64,000 nucleotides of DNA. Origin: Lama guanicoe. Lineage: Eukaryota. Where the stretch lies: NCBI GenBank assembly GCA_013239625.1, contig MU054212.1, positions 5,864,270 through 5,928,269 on the forward strand, in the 5' to 3' direction. Below, piece after piece: positions 46,161 through 59,487 of this stretch (its first letter is position 1; each line of letters begins with the position of its first letter). Position numbers and translations under genes: made by a program. The notes under the pieces are model-generated. The model had not been told where the DNA came from. It ran no database searches and worked only from the letters and a program-made list of their open reading frames with translations.

Positions 46161-47889
46161 GGCCTGCCAACCCCCGCGTCCACCCCTGCGACTAGACCAA
46201 CACTTATGCATTACTGTGTGCCAGTCACCGTGCTGTGCTCCGTCTCCATGACTGCATTCACTCCTCCCTAACAGGTGGGGCTATTCTTAACCACTGTTCA
46301 GCAGATAAGGACATTAAGCCTTGCAGGCTGTGTAAGAAGACTCAGGTAAAACACTTAGCGCGGGGCAAAGTCAGGCTCAAACCAAGATTTTCTGACTCCA
46401 AAGTTCGTGCGTTTTCTACGATGCTACATTGCCTCTCGAGAGAAATGTTGTCTCTCTGCCTAGCAGCCCTCACAGCCAGGGCGGGTGTGGACAGACCTGG
46501 AGACGGCCCTAGAATAAAAAATGGGGAGATGCTTGGAAGGCTTAAAAAAATGTGGTGGCACCAAAAATTCAAACTGCCTTCTTCACACAGGAGCCCCAGC
46601 TGAGTTTTTAAATCAATATGCCCACAACTGGCCCTGCTAAGAAAGAGATTTCAAAAACCAAAGATGAGCAGACATGTCACATTTACTTGTATTTGTGACC
46701 TTTCAAAAAGTGGGCGGTGAGTCACCAATTTGGAGTCCAAGTGCGGGTGCCATGCTGACAGCTGGTGAGGGCTGCAGACGGAAGCCAAGCCGGAGAGGGC
46801 CTCTTGAGGATGGGCCTGGTGCAAGATGGGGCAGCATACCTGTCTCGGGGGGCCACCTTCAGTCCCACAGGACCCCCAAGAATGGGGATGAGAGACCGTG
46901 AATGCTGCGAGCTGACGGCCCCTGTGCCTATGACCAAATCAGCAGGCAACAACACTGGTCTTCGTGATGACTTTGGAGCAGTTCTCAGAGCTGAGCAGTG
47001 GGGAGAAGGCCAAGTGGGGTTAGTCATGACTCCAATAAAGTCTATGGATAAATTCATTTTGGTTTTTTTATGCAAATATTTGTCCCAACTGAAGAATTAT
47101 AGTGTTGGCATGGATGTGCGTTAAAAGAACAGAAGCTGAGTTGTGCTCCAGGGGACATGTGTGGATGAGACAAGCACCTAAGGACATGGTTTACTTCTCT
47201 AGAGGAATCAGCGCTCATTGTCGGAGAGAACTTGTAGTTTAAACTCTTGAAATGGAGAACTCACGGGTAAGCTCCTCTGCTGAATTCATGAGTAGCTAAC
47301 ACATGGCAGCTCCAAGCCACTTTCTGGGGAATTCTTCCGCCTGTTGAAGTCTGGGTGATCATTGTTCATGCGTCAGCCTTCCTAAGCTGCTAATATCTGC
47401 AAAGAGTTCTTTCTAGACAAGTTAAAGGGACCCTGGTTCAACCGTAGCCATGTGTCATGGGGCATTTGCTTAGCCTCTCTCATCGCAGAACTTTGGCAGG
47501 GAGGCAAGGAGGTTCTCATTTGCCTCATAGACACCTGGCCAAATGGATTTGTTTCTTAGCAAGGTTGGGGGGCTCTAAAGGTAGCCATGCACCTGGTCGC
47601 CAGCCAGCCTAGCCCTTCTAATGTGTCTAGCCAGCCCTGAAGCTCTGGTTAACTGAACCCATGGCAATTTGTGTTGTCTTTGTCTTTGTAGGTGTTTGCA
47701 GAACCTTAGAATACCGTGACTCATATTGATGATCAGCTGACTCAAAAAATTGATCTTATTGACAATAAACCAAGGCCCAGAGAGGTTAAGTAACTTGGCC
47801 AAGGTCACCCAGCCAGGAGGTGACAGAGCTGTTCAAGAATCTAGAGGACACGGCCCAATCTCACTCCTGAGCATGAGTCACATCTGAGA

Positions 47890-48100
47890 CAATGGTTTTC
47901 AAACTTTGGAGCACGTCAGAATCACCTGGAGGGCCTGCTAAAGCACAGGGTGTTGGGGTCCACTCCAGAGTTTCAGATTCAGTGCTTCAGGTGGGGGATG
48001 GGGGGGTGGGGAGGGACTCAAGAATTTACAAGTCCTAACAAGTTCCTGACAAGGGAGTGCTGATACTGTTCGTCTAGAGCCAACACTTTAAGAACCACTG
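47890..48100. mobile_element. MER5A-like DNA transposon relic
   Basis: caatggttttcaaactt...tcagaatcacctggaggg...ccagagtttcagattcagt...ttaagaaccactg. Confidence 0.8.
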
Positions 48101-48391
48101 ATCTAGTATGTAGGGTGAGGAAGAATTTCTCCTTTTACCCCAAAGACACAATAGATTTATCCAAAAACTCAGCATCAAGCAGTTCACTCCAGTTTCCACA
48201 TCTGTTCTGGGCTCAGTAAGTGGTGTGAAATTGACTTCTAGAAGGCAGCGTTTGGAGGCCATGAAATGTCAGGGGAAAAGGCTTCTGCCCATCCTGCTGA
48301 ACCATCGTAAAGGAGTTTTAGATTTGAGTTTGGAATCAATGAATGAAGAAACGAGTCCTCAAACAAATGCAGAAGCCAGACAGAGGTCCCT

Positions 48392-48631
48392 GGAAAATAA
48401 CCCAGGGGAGACAGTGGGAGGAATCACTGAGCTGCCACCTGAAGCGCCAAAAGTGGGTGTGGAGGGCAATGCACGGAAAATAACCCAGGGGAGACAGTGG
48501 GAGGAAAGGAGAAATGGAGCTCAGACTCAGTCCGGCGCCGCCGGGCACATGCCACCAGGCACAGAGGGAAATAGCAGTTAGATCACTGAGCTGCCACCTG
48601 AAGCGCCAAAAGTGGGTGTGGAGGGCAATGC
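48392..48631. repeat. Compound local duplication A-B-A-C-B (A 32 bp, B 50 bp, both perfect)
   Basis: A at 48392-48423 and 48475-48506; B at 48423-48472 and 48582-48631. Confidence 0.92.
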
Positions 48632-51600
48632 CGGTGTGGCTTCACTGAGAGACAGAGCAAAACCTAGCTGCTGCTGGGGGTGACCCTCCCTTCCTTTGCT
48701 GAATGACGTGTCAGCATTTACTGGGCCTTTCCTGTGTGTGGCCCCGCACAGACCATCAGAAGGCGTTGCCCCTGCTCTCAGGGCATTAACACTCCAGGAA
48801 AGAAACTGTGACTACAGGCAGCTCCGAGGAGCAGCATAAAGGTTAGAGAGAGGTACAAAGCACGTCAAAGGAGAGAGGTAACTCCGGCCTAGGAAAGGCC
48901 TCGGTTTCAGGCTTCTCGTGCTTTTATTATTCATTAAATGTTGCTTTACCCCAGAGTTCTCCCCTCAGAAGTCTTACTGTTAATGTCCGATGGTGATGTC
49001 CAAGTGCGGCAGCCACCCCCCATGCTTGTGACCCTGCATCTCCATCTCCAGCCTGATTTCCCCCAATCTCCGTCTCCCAGGCTGTCATTTCCAACTGTGA
49101 TCTGGACACGGAGGCCTGGAGAGCAAGCTCTTAACCTCAACACGTCCAAAGCTAGATTCACTTTCCTTCATATTTCTCACTAAGCCAATGACTTTATCAT
49201 CTAAACCGCCTCCCAAGCTAAAATACCTCTGTAGTCCTTGGCTCTTTCCTCTTCCTCATTTTCTGTTCCTGATGTCACCAGAATCTCATTTCTGCCTCGG
49301 TCACTCTTTCTCACCTGGCCTTTTCTCTCTGTACCGTCGCCTTCATGGTCACTTCTCCAGGTTACTGAACCCGCCTCCTTTCTGAAACTTCTGCCTCAAG
49401 TCTCACCCCTCCCTAGGGGGTTGCCTCTCGTACTTAAAAGCCTCTGGGAAGCTCTGCTCCTTCAGGCAGTTTGCAGGATGAGGAAGGGGTGAGGGCCCAG
49501 GGGTGACACGTCACAGGATCTGTCCGAGGTCCAGCTCGTGTCTCAAGGACTGTAGGCAGTAAATGGAGATGGAGCCGAACCAAGACTTGGCCACTTCTGA
49601 ATGTCAGGCAAAGGACACTCGACTTCATCTAGCTGACCGTGGGGAGTGAGAGAAAGCTTTGGAAGAGAGATGTGAAGTAATCAGAGTTATGCATTAAGAA
49701 GATTAATCTGGCAGTAGCTTATAGAAAAGATTATATGGAAAATAGATTAGCATGGAGGAGACCAGCTAAAGCATACTTGTCAAAGGCAGGATTAGCGGTG
49801 AAGGTTTGAATTCCATTGGCAGCTGTGGAAACAGAATGTGAGAAATGGGGGAAATATTTTGGAATACAATAGAATTGCTATTGCTTTTTCAAGTTTGCTG
49901 CCAAAGAAGGGGAGAATTCAAACATATCTCCTGAAGTTTTCGCTCTGACCCATTGAGCATTGTGATGTCACTTGGAGAAAGAGTGGTGGGCTAGGGGAGG
50001 AGGTGGTGGGGGTTCACATTTGGAAAGGTAGCCCAGGAGGCATTCCTGGGATGCCCAGAGAGTTAAGAGATCAGGGGACAGATGAGTCAGGCCAGAAAGA
50101 ACAGAGCAGGGCATTCCTATACAGACAGAGGGAATGACCAAGATGGAAGACTGGCAGAACACTTCTGGGTTTACGGATGACAAGAACCTTTGGAGTCAAA
50201 ACTATTGCATAAGAAGGAAGTGGCGGCGAAACTAGACTGTCATCACTGCCCCGAGTGATGAGAAAGAAGAAGTGACTACTCTTTAGTGGCGACTGGAACA
50301 AGGGATGGAGAGAGGTGTCACCTTGGGTGATGTGAATTCATTTTCAGGCATAAAAGAAGGAAAGAGGTGGGGAGAAAGCGGGTGAAAATCCACTGAAGGA
50401 CCTTGTTTTAGGAAAGCATGGTGGGCGTAGGGACATGCGACTTGGCTGAAACTTGCCTTGTCTCCCTGGCCTCTGCCTTTAAATATTCAAATCCCGGCTC
50501 TTCCCATAAAGGAGACCTTCAGTTTACTTGACTGCTGTTTTGACTCACTGCCTTATGTCTTTCATCAGAGAGCCTCCCAGGTTCTAAAGTGGAGAATCAC
50601 TTTTACCCCTCCATCGTCAGCACCCTGTCCCTCTGCCTCCCCCTGCTTAGCACTGCTGCTGCCTCCATCCCTTCCTTCCAAACCAGCGACACCACACCAG
50701 CCCGACTACCACTCTACTATTGTGCACACTGGAAGAGGGGCTTCTGCTGAGATCAGGTTCTCCTGGTGGAGCCCAGCTGGCTGTCTCTAATACCCTACTT
50801 ACTCAGCAACCATCTGACTATTAATTAAATTGGTATTATGATTTTAAAATGAGCCTTTCATGATTTGTTTTCCCATTAAAGGAACCCTCAGGGCTCAGTC
50901 ACCTCACGGGGAGCTGACAGAATTGAATTCTTAAGGCTGTAACCATCCAGGGCCCCAAAACACAGTCACCCCCACTCACCCCCGGCTCCCTCAGGAGACC
51001 AAGTCCAAACACTTGACCAGCCCACTCTCCACTCCAGCTAACCAGCTTACTCACAATAACATCAGTGGGTATTTCAGGGTCAGCAGGTCACTGGCTAGAA
51101 GTTGACTTGTACCCTCAGAAAATAAACGAAGAAGAGTTCATCTCCGATATATTTTTAAATTAATAAATAGGCGTGTTCATTATAAGGGAGAGGGCAGAAG
51201 AACCTTAAACTAAGAGCAGTCCTGAGTTGTTCATTAACCACCGCATATTCTGCAGTAAAAGGAAAAACACCGTCATCCAATTGGTCTTTTTTTTTTTAAC
51301 CTCAATTAAACATCTAGGCTTCAGCCCCATGGTCAGAACGTGAAGAAAAACAGTACACGGCTATTAAAAGAAAATTTATAGCGTGAATGTTTCACTAATG
51401 CACCTTTCTTTTCTGGCACTGGATCCTTACCACCATTGAAATTCGCTCTACAGGACACAGCCTCTAGAGCAAACACTTAGGGCTCCAGGAATGTGTTGAC
51501 CCTCGATCTTAATTCATCCCTCTTGGTGGATCCCATGAAACCATCTTTCGAAAACAGCTTTCACAAACTCACAGAAACACAGAAAGGCAGACCCGCTTAT

Positions 51601-52213
51601 CTTTGGGTGGTTCTGTTTATCCTTATAACCCTCTTTCATCACAGTTGCCTCTCAGGCGAGCACCATGGGGCTTTTCTTGTATTTGTCATTGCCACTGGCT
51701 CCACACAAGCATTCCCTTGACCAAGAATGCATTCCCACTCTCTTCGCTTTTTCCTTCCTCCCCAGCCGTGCTCTTCTCTCACCTTAAACACCGTAAACTT
51801 CGTCTCCCGGGACTCTCTTATTTTCACTTCACATTATCCACATTTGCTCTGCAGGTCTCTGCCAACGTTGTCTCTTTCTTTGCATTAAAAATCATCTCTA
51901 TCTCTGTAAGATAATTGATGATTCAACAAATTCGGGATGCTTACTGCGGCTCTGAATTGCTTCACTTTCCCTCTACCTCCTTGTCTTGTTCAAATTCAAA
52001 GTTTATTCATAATTTCCAGATCAATGACAGTTCAGAAGGCAAGAGAGTCCAAATGGCCAAGGGCACAAGGCTTGGAGGGTGTGCTCGTGCAGTGAATTCT
52101 AGAATCAACTATAAGATTATGACAATAGGATGGAGTTGGGGGGTGGGATTAACAGGAGGAGAAATCTCAGGGTAAAAACAGGTTTCTGTATTTAGGTTAA
52201 AATTCATAAGTGA

Positions 52214-53102
52214 TAACCACAGTAAGCTATCACCTCACATCGGTGAAAATGGCTACCATTAAAACGACAAGCGAGAATAAATGCTGACAAGGATGTGAAG
52301 AAAGGGAACCCTTGTGTACTATTGATGAGAATGTAAATTGGTGCAGCCACTATGGAAAACGGTATGGAGGTTCTTCAAAAAGTTAAAACTAGAGCTACCA
52401 TATTATCCAGCACTCTGGGGTATGTATCCCAAGGAAATGAAACAGGATCTTGAAGAGACATCTGCCTTCCCCCCTCCCCTGTTAATTGGAGCATTATTCA
52501 CAGCAGTCAAGATATGGGAACAACCTAAGTATCTGCCTATGGATGAATGGATAAAGGAGATTTGTGTGTGTTCCACACAATGGAACATTATTCAGCCACG
52601 AGAAAGAAGGGAATCTGCCATTTGCAACAATATGGATGGAACTTGAGGGCTTTGTGTTAAGTGAGATAGGCCAGACAGAGAAAAGACAAATATTGTATAA
52701 TCTCACTCATATGTGGAATCTTAAAAAGTTGAACTCATGGAAACAGAGAGTAGGATGGTGGTTGCCAGGGGGTGGAAGAAATAGAGGAGAGATTGGTTAA
52801 AGCATACAAACTTTCAGCCATAAGATAAATAAGGTCTGAAAATCTCATATAAAAAGTGGCGACCATAGTTGATAACATTGTATAGTATCATTGAAATTTG
52901 ATAAGAGGGTGGAATTTAAATGTTTTCACCCCCCCACACACAAAAGAAGATAAATATGTGAGGTGACGAGTGTGTTATTTAACTAGGTGGTGGGAATTCT
53001 TTCACAATGTATACATGTATCAAATCACCACCATACGCACTTTAAATATCTTACCATTTCATTTGTCAGTTATACCTTGATAACTGTGAAAATGAAATAA
53101 GA
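52214..53102 (+). mobile_element. 5'-truncated L1 (L1MA/MB-like; ORF2 end plus 3' UTR)
   Basis: VQPLWKTVWRFFKKLKLELPY resembles L1 ORF2 C-terminus; TSD taaaattcataagtga (52198-52213) / taaaattcataaatga (53103-53118). Confidence 0.9.
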
Positions 53103-55437
53103 TAAAATTCATAAATGACAGAAGCACAGGTGATGGATACTGTATGGTGATTTTAGATCATTGTGACCAAGAGGACCCGATGGGTAGTGCTCTGATGAGG
53201 GGTTGCGGTCACGGCTACTACAGTCCTGGATGTACTCGCGATGTATCACTCACAGCAGAGTGCCTTCCAAAGACACTTACAGCCTCAAAGTCCAATGTAT
53301 TGGCCTGATTCCACCTGAAGCGCGTGTGCGTTTCAGCGCGCTGCATTTGAAGAGAAACACTGACCAATGGGAGTATGTCAGAGGAGGAGGATCTTGGTGG
53401 AAAAGGATTCTAGGAGCGTGTCTGAAAAGGAATCATTCAGACGAGGGAAGGTCTACTTCGCAAGTAGAAAAGAAGATGTCACACACCAATCAAATGGCTG
53501 TCAGAAGACCAGCCATCTCGAACTCACATTTCCGAGAGGCCGGGAAGGAACACAGATGAAGGAAACAGGACATGTGTAAGGAGAGGAATCTCAAGCACTC
53601 GAGGGCCGCTAGAAATGTGACCTAACCTCAGAGGCAAAGGGGAGCCCAGGGCGCTGTAACGTCTGAGAGCGCCAGTCCGCTGACTAGTGCCACATTCTTT
53701 TCCAATTTCTCAAGAGAGGCCAGAAATCCACGTCTTTATGCAACGTTGTCTCAATTTTTCATTTTAACAACTATTTCACAATTTTTTAAAGAAACATTCC
53801 TCAGGCCAAAAGTAACGTGTGTCTGGGCTGCAGGCAGCCCAGGGCTGCCAGTTCACAGTGTGTACTGGAGACACTTCTAGGTTTTGACAGAAGCAGCACT
53901 AAGAGGCAGAGATGGAAGTCTGACTTGGGGTAAGAGAGAAAATTCAAATGGTAAGACTCACAGAAAACAGATTCTCCATCCAAGTTCTGAGCGTTGGGAA
54001 ATATTGGGAAATAGTCAGGAGAATGTTGGATGACAAAATATGAAAGATGGGAGAGAAAGGATGCTCTCCGTTGCAAAGGTGAACTAAATTATAATGCTAC
54101 TTTACACCAGAATAGTGGTTTACAGTCTACGAAGAGCTTTTATATCACCTCATAATAAAAGTTATTAGAATAGTCCTTTGAAGTAGAAAAGTAGATATTT
54201 CCATTTTACAGATGGGTACACTGAGTATCTGAGAGATTGAATAATTCAGAGACGGTCATCTGGGGAACTGGGCAAGAGAATTAGGACTCAGATCATTTAA
54301 CTTCAGATTCAAACCTCTTTTCAGGACCACGTCAGAGTCAGACTCTACGGCTCTAAGGTTCCATTCCTGGCTGTGCTCTGAACTGGATTTGCTCATTGTT
54401 GCCTTCCTGTGGTCAATTCACTCTCCCCAGGTCTTCCCCTGCCCATTTCCATATTCCTGGATTGCCTTCCTGCCCCTCCACCACTCCCCGAAAGCCCTTG
54501 TCCTTCGTGATCTCTTGTCCAGTTTCTTCCAACCTGACCGTCAGCTATGAGAATGCTCCCCCAGTTCTCAGTGCTCCAAACTGGGCTCCCCCTTGACATG
54601 TGATTGTCCAAAATGTTTGTCTGTCTTCTCTGCATCTCCTACATATATGTTGCTATCAGGACAAAATTGTCTTAACCCATAGAGAAAGCCACATACTCAT
54701 CTGTGCACACACACACCCAAGAGTTGCTGCTTGATCAGGGAATCATCAAATGATTATAATTCCTAGACTTGTAAGTTGGCCAGGAGAAAGAGAATCTGTT
54801 ACCAACACGTGGCTTCTAGTTCTCACAGTGATCTCTGCTTCCTTCCAGAAATTTGGTTCTGACCAAAGCCAGCTGAATAGTCTTGTTTCTACACAATCAG
54901 TATAGGAGAAGCTGCAAAAAAAAAAAAATCTGGTTCTCTGTATTTCAGGCTCGTGGATGCCACTTTAACATGTGTCATTATTCCTTAAGTCAAGGACCTT
55001 ATCTCAGAAGAACCCAAAAGTCATGGAGAAATTGCTAAACTAAGCTTCCAAATGACTTAGTTTGGCTGAAACATAGGTTTTTTAAATGGGAGCACTTCCA
55101 GAGGTTTTTCCTTTAGCCTCGTGGACATACACAAGTGCAGGGATGTTTTTTGATGCACTCTATACAAGCCCATGCAGCCAAATGTCATTCCGTGTGAAAT
55201 AAATGATTACAATTTGCATCTATCATCTAAAACGAGTGATAAAATGTATAGACAATGGAAAACAGGCATAGAAGTAGACTAAGGGAGAAAACAGATTCCC
55301 AAGAATGCGGCTGCCTCCAGCCAAGCAGGGAGAATATTCTTGTTTGGTTTTGTTGTTTTGTTTTGAGGATCTAGTTGGTCAAATGACCCGTTAAGAATAT
55401 TTCATAGAGCGAGTGTTCTGACGCGCTAATCTCTCTA

Positions 55438-55718
<281 letters not shown>

Positions 55719-56541
55719 TAGCTGAAGAAGTGACTTCCTGCTTTTGTGAGTAGGGCCGGGGGCACCCAGAATCTATTTTTAAACATCATTGATTCAAACT
55801 TCAAAAAAAATATCAGAGTTCTGCAGAGCTCACTGAACTGGGGCTTGGATCCTGGGCGCTCGCCTCTACGACTTTTGCGGATCAGGTTTGAAACGGTGCC
55901 TCAGTTTCCCCAGATAGATGGTAGAAATGAAGATCAAACATTGCAGACACTGTTACTATTGAGTTTTCAGAAGCTCAGCTTTGATGAAGTTGACCTCGTT
56001 TTCGCTAATCAAAAAGCATGTAGCAATTAGTCTCCGAAAGGCTGAGGGGACCACATTCTAGGCAGATGTCTAATTATTAAGTCCCCTGGAAGAATTAACT
56101 AACACTGTTAGGTGAGTCATGACATCATCTGACATCATTTTACAACAACTAGGAAGAGGGAGTTACTACAGCAACTACTGACTGATGTGCTCTCGGGAAA
56201 AACTATTTGGTCTTTGGCGCGTGACATCTTTTCAGTAATTCCACTCAAACGACGAGGCTTAACAAAGCAACCATTCTCAGAGGACCTATTTTCTCCCTTC
56301 AAACTCATTCTACACGCCCCAACTCGGGCGCAGCGTGTCCGGAGGCTGAAACCACTCTTTCTTGGAGAACAATCTGGTCTGTGTTACCCTGAGTCAGGGA
56401 AGCTCGTTCACTGTCGACACGTCTGTTGCTGGAAATGGAATTCAAGTGCACTTGTGACTTGCTCAGAGATTTCTGACACCACAAGGGGTGCATCCTGTCA
56501 CTCTTACCAACTTGGTTGTCACTTGTCTTCTCTCTGCCCAG

Positions 56542-56666
56542 GGTCCATCCAAGTGTCCTCTGATGGTCAAAGTCCTGGATGCCGTCCAAGGCAGTCCTGC
56601 TGTGAACGTGGGCGTGAAAGTGTTCAAAAAGGCTGCTGATGAGACCTGGGAGCCCTTTGCTTCTGG
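56542..56666 (+). CDS. TTR: TTR exon 2, upstream duplicate ([42 protein letters not shown])
   Basis: gcccag|GGT...TCT GG|gtaag; identical to the downstream copy; has no exons 3-4 of its own. Confidence 0.9.
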
Positions 56667-56773
56667 GTAAGCTGCCCCTCCGACCCAGACGAGGGATCTG
56701 GCTCCATCTGCCTGTTCCCCCACCGCTTGTTAGAGAAAGGGGCTCGCACCACTCACTAAAGAATCTCCAAGTA

Positions 56774-57210
56774 TTTTGTATATAGTGGTTCGTATCTGCT
56801 AATCCCAAACTCCTATTTTATCCCTCCCTGCCTCTTTGCCCCTGTGGTAACCATACGTTTGTTTTCTGTCTGTGAGTCTGTTTCTGTTTTGTGAATAAGT
56901 TCATTTGTGTCATTTTTTTAGATTCCACATACAAGTGATGGAAACAACAAGGTCCTATGATATAGCACAGGGAACTATATTTAATAGCTTGTAGTAACTG
57001 ATAACGAAAACAAATATATAGGGGGAGGGTATAAGTGGTACAGCGCATGCCTAGCATGCACAAGGTCCTGGGTTCAATCCCCAGCACCTCCATTAAAAAT
57101 TAATTAATTAATCAAAACTTTGTTACCCCCCAAATAATTTTAAAAAGACAAAAAAGAATATATATATATATGTCTAACTGAATCACTATACTGTACACCA
57201 GAAAATAACA
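56774..57210. mobile_element. 5'-inverted L1 3' end with nested Vic-1-like SINE (~57021-57150), cut by the duplication junction
   Basis: Minus-strand L1 3' UTR 56774-~56939, plus-strand continuation from ~56942; final ~40 bp, tail and 3' TSD missing. Confidence 0.85.
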
Positions 57211-57677
57211 TGTGTCATTATTCCTTAAGTCAAGGACCTTATCTCAGAAGAACCCAAAAGTCATGGAGAAATTGCTAAACTAAGCTTCCAAATGACTTAG
57301 TTTGGCTGAAACATAGGTTTTTTAAATGGGAGCACTTCCAGAGGTTTTTCCTTTAGCCTCGTGGACATACACAAGTGCAGGGATGTTTTTTGATGCACTC
57401 TATACAAGCCCATGCAGCCAAATGTCATTCCGTGTGAAATAAATGATTACAATTTGCATCTATCATCTAAAACGAGTGATAAAATGTATAGACAATGGAA
57501 AACAGGCATAGAAGTAGACTAAGGGAGAAAACAGATTCCCAAGAATGCGGCTGCCTCCAGCCAAGCAGGGAGAATATTCTTGTTTGGTTTTGTTGTTTTG
57601 TTTTGAGGATCTAGTTGGTCAAATGACCCGTTAAGAATATTTCATAGAGCGAGTGTTCTGACGCGCTAATCTCTCTA

Positions 57678-57958
<281 letters not shown>

Positions 57959-58781
57959 TAGCTGAAGAAGTGACTTCCTGCTTTTGTGAGTAGGGCCGGG
58001 GGCACCCAGAATCTATTTTTAAACATCATTGATTCAAACTTCAAAAAAAATATCAGAGTTCTGCAGAGCTCACTGAACTGGGGCTTGGATCCTGGGCGCT
58101 CGCCTCTACGACTTTTGCGGATCAGGTTTGAAACGGTGCCTCAGTTTCCCCAGATAGATGGTAGAAATGAAGATCAAACATTGCAGACACTGTTACTATT
58201 GAGTTTTCAGAAGCTCAGCTTTGATGAAGTTGACCTCGTTTTCGCTAATCAAAAAGCATGTAGCAATTAGTCTCCGAAAGGCTGAGGGGACCACATTCTA
58301 GGCAGATGTCTAATTATTAAGTCCCCTGGAAGAATTAACTAACACTGTTAGGTGAGTCATGACATCATCTGACATCATTTTACAACAACTAGGAAGAGGG
58401 AGTTACTACAGCAACTACTGACTGATGTGCTCTCGGGAAAAACTATTTGGTCTTTGGCGCGTGACATCTTTTCAGTAATTCCACTCAAACGACGAGGCTT
58501 AACAAAGCAACCATTCTCAGAGGACCTATTTTCTCCCTTCAAACTCATTCTACACGCCCCAACTCGGGCGCAGCGTGTCCGGAGGCTGAAACCACTCTTT
58601 CTTGGAGAACAATCTGGTCTGTGTTACCCTGAGTCAGGGAAGCTCGTTCACTGTCGACACGTCTGTTGCTGGAAATGGAATTCAAGTGCACTTGTGACTT
58701 GCTCAGAGATTTCTGACACCACAAGGGGTGCATCCTGTCACTCTTACCAACTTGGTTGTCACTTGTCTTCTCTCTGCCCAG

Positions 58782-58906
58782 GGTCCATCCAAGTGTCCTC
58801 TGATGGTCAAAGTCCTGGATGCCGTCCAAGGCAGTCCTGCTGTGAACGTGGGCGTGAAAGTGTTCAAAAAGGCTGCTGATGAGACCTGGGAGCCCTTTGC
58901 TTCTGG
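58782..58906 (+). CDS. TTR: TTR exon 2 (125 bp)
   Basis: cccag|GGT CCA TCC AAG TGT CCT CTG ATG...TCT GG|gtaag; [12 protein letters not shown] signature. Confidence 0.97.
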
Positions 58907-59013
58907 GTAAGCTGCCCCTCCGACCCAGACGAGGGATCTGGCTCCATCTGCCTGTTCCCCTACTGCTTGTTAGAGAAAGGGGCTCGCACCACTCAGTAAA
59001 GAATCTGCAAGTA

Positions 59014-59487
59014 TTTTGTATATAGTGGTTTGTATCTGCTAATCCCAAACTCCTATTTTATCCCTCCCTGCCTCTTTGCCCCTGTGGTAACCATACGTTT
59101 GTTTTCTGTCTGTGAGTCTGTTTCTGTTTTGTGAATAAGTTCATTTGTGTCATTTTTTTAGATTCCACATACAAGTGATGGAAACAACAAGGTCCTATGA
59201 TATAGCACAGGGAACTATATTTAATAGCTTGTAGTAACTGATAACGAAAACAAAAATATATAGGGGTATAAGTGGTACAGCACATGCCTAGCATGCACAA
59301 GGTCCTGGGTTCAATCCCCAGCACCTCCATTAAAAATTAATTAATTAATCAAAACTTTGTTACCCCCCAAATAATTTTAAAAAGACAAAAAAGAATATAT
59401 ATATATATGTCTAACTGAATCACTATACTGTACACCAGAAACTAACACAACACTAAGTTGACTACACTTCAATAAAAAGAAAAAAAG
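59014..59487. mobile_element. Complete 5'-inverted L1 3' end with nested Vic-1-like SINE (~59263-59390) in TTR intron 2
   Basis: Same structure with AATAAA (59471) and A-tail; TSD gaatctgcaagta (59001-59013) / gaatctccaagta (59488-59500). Confidence 0.88.

Noticed and set aside
48392..48631. Repeat-spacer pattern reminiscent of a CRISPR array
   Set aside because: Mammalian DNA, only two copies of each block, irregular spacing, no cas genes.
50180..54050. Possible orthologue of the classical mouse -2 kb TTR enhancer (ggagaatgttgg...aagatgg near 54020; ATTGCATAAG near 50204)
   Set aside because: Similarity is too short and patchy to call by eye.
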